Origin: Candidatus Eiseniibacteriota bacterium
GTDB lineage: Bacteria; Eisenbacteria; RBG-16-71-46
Direction: 5' to 3'
Length of the DNA stretch: 11,035 nt
Assembly (NCBI GenBank): GCA_031366795.1
Contig: JANLOX010000155.1
Location: 1 to 11,035 of the forward strand
Shown: piece by piece, positions 5,915-11,035 of the stretch
Numbering within the stretch: the stretch's first letter is position 1
How the letters are laid out: every line of letters begins with the position of its first letter
The notes under the pieces: model-generated
The model's input: only the letters and a program-made list of their open reading frames with translations
Told to the model about the DNA's origin: nothing
The model's database searches: none
Made by a program: the position numbers and the translations under genes

Positions 5915-8326
5915 GTGAAGCCATCTCCCCATCCGCCCAAGCCCGCTGCGAAGTCGCGGCGAATCCTCAAGATCGCCGCCATCGCCACGGCGGTCTTGGT
6001 CGTGCTCAGTTTCGTCCAGTTCTGGGTCTCGGTGCGCGCGCTGCGGGATCACTTCTCGTCTGGCCCTCAGTGGGCGTTCCCGTCACGCGTTTATTCGGAC
6101 GCGCTGACATTCACGCCGGGCCGGGCAATGCCGCTCGAATACCTCAAGAGCCATCTCGCGCTGCGCGGTTACCGCATGGCACCTCCGCCGATCACGAAGC
6201 CGGGCACTTACGCGCTGACTCGCGCGGGGTTCGAGGTGTTCACGCGGGGCATTCGCGACGCCGACGATCCACTCGGCATCCGCGGGCCTGAACATTTCTT
6301 CGTCGCCATCGCCGATAGCCAGGTGGTCCGCATCGCGCGACTCGGTGGATTGGCCGGCATCGCGATCGCCGACACCAGTAAACCCGCGCGGCTCGAGCCG
6401 ATTCAAGTGGCGCAGTTCTCGGACGATCACGATGTGCGCCGCAACTGGGTGCCGCTCGTGTCGATTCCAAAGTCCCTGCGCGATGCCGTCGTGGCGTCGG
6501 AGGACCGGCGCTTCTACCAGCATCGCGGCATCGACCTGCGCTCCAACCTGCGGGCTCTCGTCGTCAACAGCAAGTCCGGCGGTGTGCGCCAGGGCGCCAG
6601 CACCATCACGCAACAGTTGGCGCGCGGCCTGTTCCTCACCAGCGAGCGCAATGTGTTCCGCAAGGTGCGCGAGGTGTTCCTCGCACTCGGGCTCGAGATG
6701 TTGTTGTCGAAGGACGAGATTCTCGAGATGTACTTGAACTCCATCTATCTCGGGCAGGAAGCCTCGGGTGGCGTTGCAGGAGTGGGCGAGGGCGCGCGGC
6801 GATATTTCGATACGCCCGTCGAAGCGCTCGACCTGAGCCAGGCGGCCGTGCTGGTGGGATTGATCCCGGCGCCCAACCTGTATTCTCCGTTCCGCAATCC
6901 GAAGGCCGCGCTGGAGCGTCGTAACCTCGTGCTGGGCGCGATGGCCGAGACCGGAAAGATCGACGCGGAACAAGCCGCGGTGGAGCGCGCGCGCCCGATC
7001 GTGGTGGTGGCGGGTAGCCCCAAGCCGGGCCGCTATCCCTCGTTCACGGGCTATGTGCATGAATACCTCCGCAGCCGTTTGCCGGAGGGCGCAGCCGAGC
7101 ATGCGGGGTTGACGATTTACACGACGCTCGATCCCATCTGGCAGGCGCAGGCCGAGGCCGCGTTGCCCGGAGCGTTGGCGGGAATCGGCCGCGAGCCCAA
7201 AGGCGATTCGCTCGAAGGCGCGTTCGTGGCGCTCGACAAGACCGGCGCTGTGCTCGCGATGGTCGGCGGGCGCAACGATATTCCGGGCGGCTTCAATCGC
7301 GCGTTCCAGGCGCTGCGCCAGCCGGGCTCGGCGATGAAGCCGGTCGTCTACGCGGCAGCCCTCGACTCCGAGCGCGTGGGCCGCCGCTTCAATCCGGCAT
7401 CGACGATTCCCGACATGAGCCGCGACTTCGCGACGGCGCAGGGTCCGTGGCACCCGAAGAATGACGACGGCGAATACCATCGGCAGGTCACCCTGGCAAA
7501 GGCGCTCGCCAAGTCACTGAACGTGGCGACCGCGAACCTCGTCGAGGCGATCGATCCGCATGTCGTGACACGTTACGCCGATCGCTTCGGCCTGCACGGC
7601 TTGAAGCCGCTGCCCAGCGTCGGCCTCGGCACCAGCGAAGTGACGCTCGTGGGGATCACCGATGCCTACACGACCTTCCCCAATGGCGGCATGCGTGGCG
7701 ATGCCTGCCCGCTGCGCGCGGTGATGAACGTGAATGGCCGCCCGTACTACAAGCTGCAGAACACGCCCGTGCGCGTCGTGCCCACCGAGACGGCCGCGCT
7801 GATGACGGGGCTGCTCGAGGATGTCGTGACGTTCGGCATCTCGAACCCGTTGCGCAAGAAGCATGGCTTCACGCGCCCGGTCGCCGGCAAGACAGGAACC
7901 ACCAACGACTATTATGACGCGTGGTTCGTCGGCTTCACGCCCGAGGTGATCGCCGGCGTCTGGGTGGGCTACGACACGCCGAAGACGCTCGGGGCGCCTG
8001 CGGCGGAGATGGCGCTGCCGGTGTGGGCGAACGTGATGACGCGGCTGCTCACGGGATTCCCCGCCACGGAGTTCGAGTCCGACCAGCATGTCGAGCTGGC
8101 GTGGATCGATCCCTTTGGCGGCGCGCTGCACACCGCCAACTGCCCCTACAACATGCGCGTGCCGTTCCTGCCGGGCATGGCGCCGCGTGATACCTGCGCG
8201 CTCGACCACACCGCCGACTGGCTGGCGAAGTTCGAGAAGCGCGCCGCGGACAGTCTCGCCACGCTGGCGCGGGCGACGAAGGGGAGCAAAGCGGCCGACA
8301 GCACGCGCGCCGCGGCCGTGCCCTGA
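5915..8326 (+). CDS. mrcB: Class A penicillin-binding protein (bifunctional transglycosylase/transpeptidase), PBP1b-like
   Basis: Basic N-terminus and TM helix; UB2H-like region (PSRVYSD..LTFTPG..HLALRGYR..KPGTY); GT51 motifs EDRRFYQHRGID, QGASTITQQLARGLF, RKVRE and KDEILEMYLN; transpeptidase motifs SAMK (SxxK), SLN (SxN) and KTG. The GTG start is uncertain. The PBP1b assignment rests on the UB2H-like segment. Confidence 0.9.
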   Translation: MKPSPHPPKPAAKSRRILKIAAIATAVLVVLSFVQFWVSVRALRDHFSSGPQWAFPSRVYSDALTFTPGRAMPLEYLKSHLALRGYRMAPPPITKPGTYALTRAGFEVFTRGIRDADDPLGIRGPEHFFVAIADSQVVRIARLGGLAGIAIADTSKPARLEPIQVAQFSDDHDVRRNWVPLVSIPKSLRDAVVASEDRRFYQHRGIDLRSNLRALVVNSKSGGVRQGASTITQQLARGLFLTSERNVFRKVREVFLALGLEMLLSKDEILEMYLNSIYLGQEASGGVAGVGEGARRYFDTPVEALDLSQAAVLVGLIPAPNLYSPFRNPKAALERRNLVLGAMAETGKIDAEQAAVERARPIVVVAGSPKPGRYPSFTGYVHEYLRSRLPEGAAEHAGLTIYTTLDPIWQAQAEAALPGALAGIGREPKGDSLEGAFVALDKTGAVLAMVGGRNDIPGGFNRAFQALRQPGSAMKPVVYAAALDSERVGRRFNPASTIPDMSRDFATAQGPWHPKNDDGEYHRQVTLAKALAKSLNVATANLVEAIDPHVVTRYADRFGLHGLKPLPSVGLGTSEVTLVGITDAYTTFPNGGMRGDACPLRAVMNVNGRPYYKLQNTPVRVVPTETAALMTGLLEDVVTFGISNPLRKKHGFTRPVAGKTGTTNDYYDAWFVGFTPEVIAGVWVGYDTPKTLGAPAAEMALPVWANVMTRLLTGFPATEFESDQHVELAWIDPFGGALHTANCPYNMRVPFLPGMAPRDTCALDHTADWLAKFEKRAADSLATLARATKGSKAADSTRAAAVP

Positions 8327-8405
8327 CGATTGGTCCGCGATCGCAAGCGCGACGAAGCAATCGCGCGATCGATCCCGGCGCGATGTCCAGCGCTCCAGCC
8401 AACCG

Positions 8406-8819
8406 CTAGATCCCCAGCGCTTTCGCCGCCAGGTCGTGATGCTCCGGGCGCACGTAGATGATGTTGCCGTAGTGACCGTTGCCGTCCGCGACTGCGTAGG
8501 ACGCGTAGACGTTCACTTCGTCCTCGGCGAGCCGCGCCAGCACGCGAGCGAGCGAACCCATCTCGTCGTCGCCCTGCACCAGGAAGGCGCGATGCGGGCC
8601 GTTGAGCACGAGGTGTGCGTGCAAGGCAGCGTGCGTGAGCGCGTTGGTGTCGTGCGGGAACAGCGTCAGCTGCGTGGCGTCAGGACCCATTGGAATGGCA
8701 TTGAGCCCGAGCAGGTTGACGCCCAGGTCCGCGAGTTGCGTCAGCAGCTCGTAGGCGGCACCGGGCTCGTCCTGAACCGTGGTGTAGAAGTAGTCCACCC
8801 GCCGAATCGTGTAGGCCAT
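8406..8819 (-). CDS. Small tandem ACT-domain protein
   Basis: Start ATG at 8819 (MAYTIRRVDYFY) with GGAG 7 nt upstream; 137 aa. Two ACT-like repeats: VQDEPGAAYELLTQLADLGVNL and GDDEMGSLARVLARLAEDEVNV. The listed 213-aa ORF is over-extended. Confidence 0.8.
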   Translation of the reverse strand: MAYTIRRVDYFYTTVQDEPGAAYELLTQLADLGVNLLGLNAIPMGPDATQLTLFPHDTNALTHAALHAHLVLNGPHRAFLVQGDDEMGSLARVLARLAEDEVNVYASYAVADGNGHYGNIIYVRPEHHDLAAKALGI

Positions 8820-8942
8820 CTTGGCGCTCCCACTGGCGCGCGCAACCTGCCACACGCCTAAGTCCGGGGCTTGGGGCGCGACTCCGCTTGGCTCGCGTCC
8901 GTGTAACGACCCGCGCAGCGTAGCGCCATGCGCCCCGGACGT

Positions 8943-8977
8943 AAATGCGAAGGCGGGCCGCCATGGGGCGACCCGCC
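8943..8977 (-). terminator. Probable intrinsic terminator downstream of the NmrA-like gene
   Basis: Minus strand reads GGCGGGTCGCC-CCAT-GGCGGCCCGCC (11-bp stem with one G-U) followed by TTCGCATTT, 36 nt after the stop. The U-tract is imperfect. Confidence 0.6.
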
Positions 8978-9013
8978 GTTCGTGGACTGCTGATAGCTCA
9001 GCGACTAGCGAAA

Positions 9014-9898
9014 CTAGACCGTCGCCGACGCAGCCTGTTCGTTCCACTGCTTCGCCGTCTCAGCCGCATAGGCCTCGAGTGATCGCGGGGCGTGACCGAG
9101 CAGTTTCGTCAGTGTCGCGAGTTCCTCGGGCGTGCCCTTGAGGCCGTGCTTCTGGAAGTGCCCGTACATGTGCTTGAAGTCGTAGAGCACCGCCGCGGGG
9201 AAATAGGGCTCGCTGCCCTTTTCCCACGCTTCGAGGTCGTCGCCTGCGTAGGTGATGGTGCGGCCGAGCGCCTTGCTCCAGATCTCCGCCGTGTCGGTGC
9301 CGGTGACCGGGCGCGGCCCGATCAGGTCGTAGGTCTTGCCCTCGTGGCCTGGCTGTGTCAGCGCGATCGCCGCGGCTTCCGCAATGTCACGCACGTCGAC
9401 GCGCGACACGCCCACGCCGCCCAACGGCTGCGGATAGACGCCATACTTGAGCATGACCTCGCGGAACCAGGTCTCGTTCTGGTGGAAGTTGCTAGGGCGC
9501 AGGATGGTGTAGGGGATGCCGGACTGCTTGATCGCCATCTCGATGCCGAGCTTCGATCCAAAGTGCGGCAGGTACGGCGCGCGATCGACGTGCTGGACCG
9601 ACAGGTAGACGATCTTCTTGAGCCCCGCGAGCTTCGCCGCGGTGAGCGCGGTCAACCCTTCCTGCGACTCCGTGACGCTGACGGCGTTGATGATGAAAGC
9701 GCCATCGACGCCGTCGTAGAGCCCCGCGAGCGACTTCGGCTCAAGCAGGTCACCCTTGTGCGCCTCGACGCCGGCACCCAGGCCCGCGAGCTTCTCGGGA
9801 TTGCGCGTCAGCGCCTTGACCTGATGGCCGCGGGAAAGCAGCTCGCGGGCGACCTGTGATCCGACCGTACCGGTTGCTCCAAGGACGAGGAATTTCAT
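9014..9898 (-). CDS. NmrA-family NAD(P)-binding protein (atypical SDR)
   Basis: 294 aa with N-terminal VLGATGTVG Rossmann motif, HFGSKLGIE, SGIPYTILRPSNF, VDVRDIAEAAAIAL and GKTYDLIGP. GGAGG RBS at 9904-9908. Confidence 0.92.
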   Translation of the reverse strand: MKFLVLGATGTVGSQVARELLSRGHQVKALTRNPEKLAGLGAGVEAHKGDLLEPKSLAGLYDGVDGAFIINAVSVTESQEGLTALTAAKLAGLKKIVYLSVQHVDRAPYLPHFGSKLGIEMAIKQSGIPYTILRPSNFHQNETWFREVMLKYGVYPQPLGGVGVSRVDVRDIAEAAAIALTQPGHEGKTYDLIGPRPVTGTDTAEIWSKALGRTITYAGDDLEAWEKGSEPYFPAAVLYDFKHMYGHFQKHGLKGTPEELATLTKLLGHAPRSLEAYAAETAKQWNEQAASATV

Positions 9899-9943
9899 GA
9901 AAACCTCCGTAAATTAGGGTTGCTGCGGTGAACCGACGACCCT

Positions 9944-9976
9944 TGGATGCGGCCGGGGGGGCACGGTTTCAAAAAA
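9944..9976 (-). promoter_or_regulatory. ECF-sigma-like promoter TGAAAC-N16-CATCCA with upstream T-tract
   Basis: Minus strand reads TTTTT-TGAAAC (9971-9966), a 16-nt spacer, then CATC (9949-9946), about 47 nt upstream of the NmrA ATG. Confidence 0.5.
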
Positions 9977-10186
9977 TACGTGTTGGCACACATACTTAAC
10001 AATGAGGGCCGATCGATGCGAGTTGCGCGCGGTCGCTGCGGTGCCCGCGCCCGCCCGCCCGCGCCCTCGACAACCCGTGCGCTAAGGCGGCATCATGTCG
10101 CCCACAGATCCATGCCCGCGCTGCGGGCTTCCGCACAATTCGCGACGATCCCTGAATACACGCTGCTTTTTGGAGGCCCTACGCCC

Positions 10187-11035
10187 ATGACTGACACCCT
10201 CGCCCCGGTGCGCCCGGGAAAGCTCATCATCAACGGCGAGGCGGTCGACGCCGCCTCAGGCAAGACGTTCACCACCGTCAATCCCGCCACCGAGGAGCCG
10301 ATCTGCGCGGTTGCGGAAGCCGGCGCTGAAGACGTCGATCGCGCGGTGAAGGCGGCGCGCGCGGCGTTCGATTCGGGCCCGTGGTCGAAGATGAAGACGT
10401 CCGAGCGCCAGCGCCTGCTGTGGAAGTGGTCCGAGTTGATCGAGAAGAACGCCGACGAGATCGCGCGCCTCGAGACCCTCGACAACGGCAAGCCGATTTT
10501 CGAATCGCGTCTGGTCGACATTCCGATGGTGGTCAACACCTTCCAGTATTTCGCGGGTTGGGCCACGAAGATCGCGGGCGAGACGTTGCCGGTGAATCCG
10601 GCGTACTTCACCTACACGCTGCGCGAGCCGATCGGCGTGATCGGTGCGATCATCCCGTGGAACTTCCCGATGATCATGACCGGCTGGAAGACGGCGCCCG
10701 CACTGGCCGCGGGCAACACGGTCGTGCTCAAGCCTGCTGAGCTGACGCCGCTATCGGCGATTCGTATTGGTGAACTTGCGATCGAAGCCGGGCTGCCGCC
10801 GGGCGTGTTCAACGTGGTGCCGGGCAAGGGTTCGATCGCCGGCGAGGCGATGGTAAAGCACCCGATGATCGACAAGATCTCCTTCACCGGCTCGACGCAG
10901 GTCGGCCGCCACATCATGAAGAGCGCCGCGGACACCATGAAGAAGCTGACGCTCGAGCTGGGCGGTAAGTCGCCGAACATCATCTTCGCCGACGCCGATC
11001 TCGACGCTGCCTTGCGTGGCGCCACCATGGGAATC
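10187..11035 (+). CDS. NAD(P)-dependent aldehyde dehydrogenase; 3' end truncated by window edge
   Basis: Hand translation from ATG 10187 (GGAGG at 10172-10176): MTDTLAPVRPGKLIINGEAVDAASGKTFTTVNPATEE...LETLDNGKP...REPIGVIGAIIPWNFP...APALAAGNTVVLKPAELTP...KISFTGSTQVG...LELGGKSPNIIFADAD. Not in the ORF track because it has no stop in the window. Confidence 0.96.
   Translation, partial: MTDTLAPVRPGKLIINGEAVDAASGKTFTTVNPATEEPICAVAEAGAEDVDRAVKAARAAFDSGPWSKMKTSERQRLLWKWSELIEKNADEIARLETLDNGKPIFESRLVDIPMVVNTFQYFAGWATKIAGETLPVNPAYFTYTLREPIGVIGAIIPWNFPMIMTGWKTAPALAAGNTVVLKPAELTPLSAIRIGELAIEAGLPPGVFNVVPGKGSIAGEAMVKHPMIDKISFTGSTQVGRHIMKSAADTMKKLTLELGGKSPNIIFADADLDAALRGATMGI

Noticed and set aside
5002..8209. 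Long minus-strand ORFs 5002-5841, 6083-7480 and 7514-8209
   Set aside because: They are antisense mirrors of the dehydrogenase and PBP genes with no independent motifs.
8327..8405. GATCGC/GCGCGA-type short inverted repeats between the convergent PBP and ACT genes
   Set aside because: Only 6-bp competing stems in CG-rich sequence with no U-tract on either strand. Not supportable as a bidirectional terminator or REP element.
9984..9998. TGGCAC as a sigma-54 -24 element
   Set aside because: The -12 position reads CTTA rather than TTGC, so the essential GC is missing.
10114..10130. Small hairpin GCCCGC-GCT-GCGGGC followed by TT upstream of the ALDH gene
   Set aside because: A 6-bp GC stem is a likely chance event here, the T-tract is too short, and there is no upstream gene on this strand to terminate.
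1..11035. CRISPR array, transposase/integrase, tRNA/rRNA, or a defence or other novel multi-gene system
   Set aside because: I see no regularly spaced repeat-spacer units, mobile-element motifs, cloverleaf structures or large compositional shift. All ten CDSs fall in known families.

Overview
A high-GC bacterial chromosomal segment of mostly ordinary metabolic and housekeeping genes. I see no mobile element, CRISPR array, rRNA or tRNA. Ten CDSs are supported. On the minus strand, left part: a Cupin_5/DUF985 protein, a four-domain S1 RNA-binding protein (ribosomal protein S1-like) with a Gly/Arg-rich tail, a YbjQ/UPF0145 protein and an AtuA-family (DUF1446) protein that runs off the left edge. 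On the plus strand: biotin transporter BioY, a 3-hydroxyacyl-CoA dehydrogenase and a class A penicillin-binding protein (PBP1b-like). On the minus strand, right part: an NmrA-like NAD(P)-binding protein and a tandem ACT-domain protein. Last, on the plus strand, an aldehyde dehydrogenase that runs off the right edge. The two edge genes are missing from the supplied ORF track and were translated by hand. I do not see a convincing novel multi-gene system. The most notable signals are non-coding: a sigma-28-like promoter placed to give a leaderless PBP transcript, an ECF-sigma-like promoter before the NmrA gene, a 79-nt imperfect hairpin upstream of the ACT gene, and the atypical S1 protein coupled to ybjQ.
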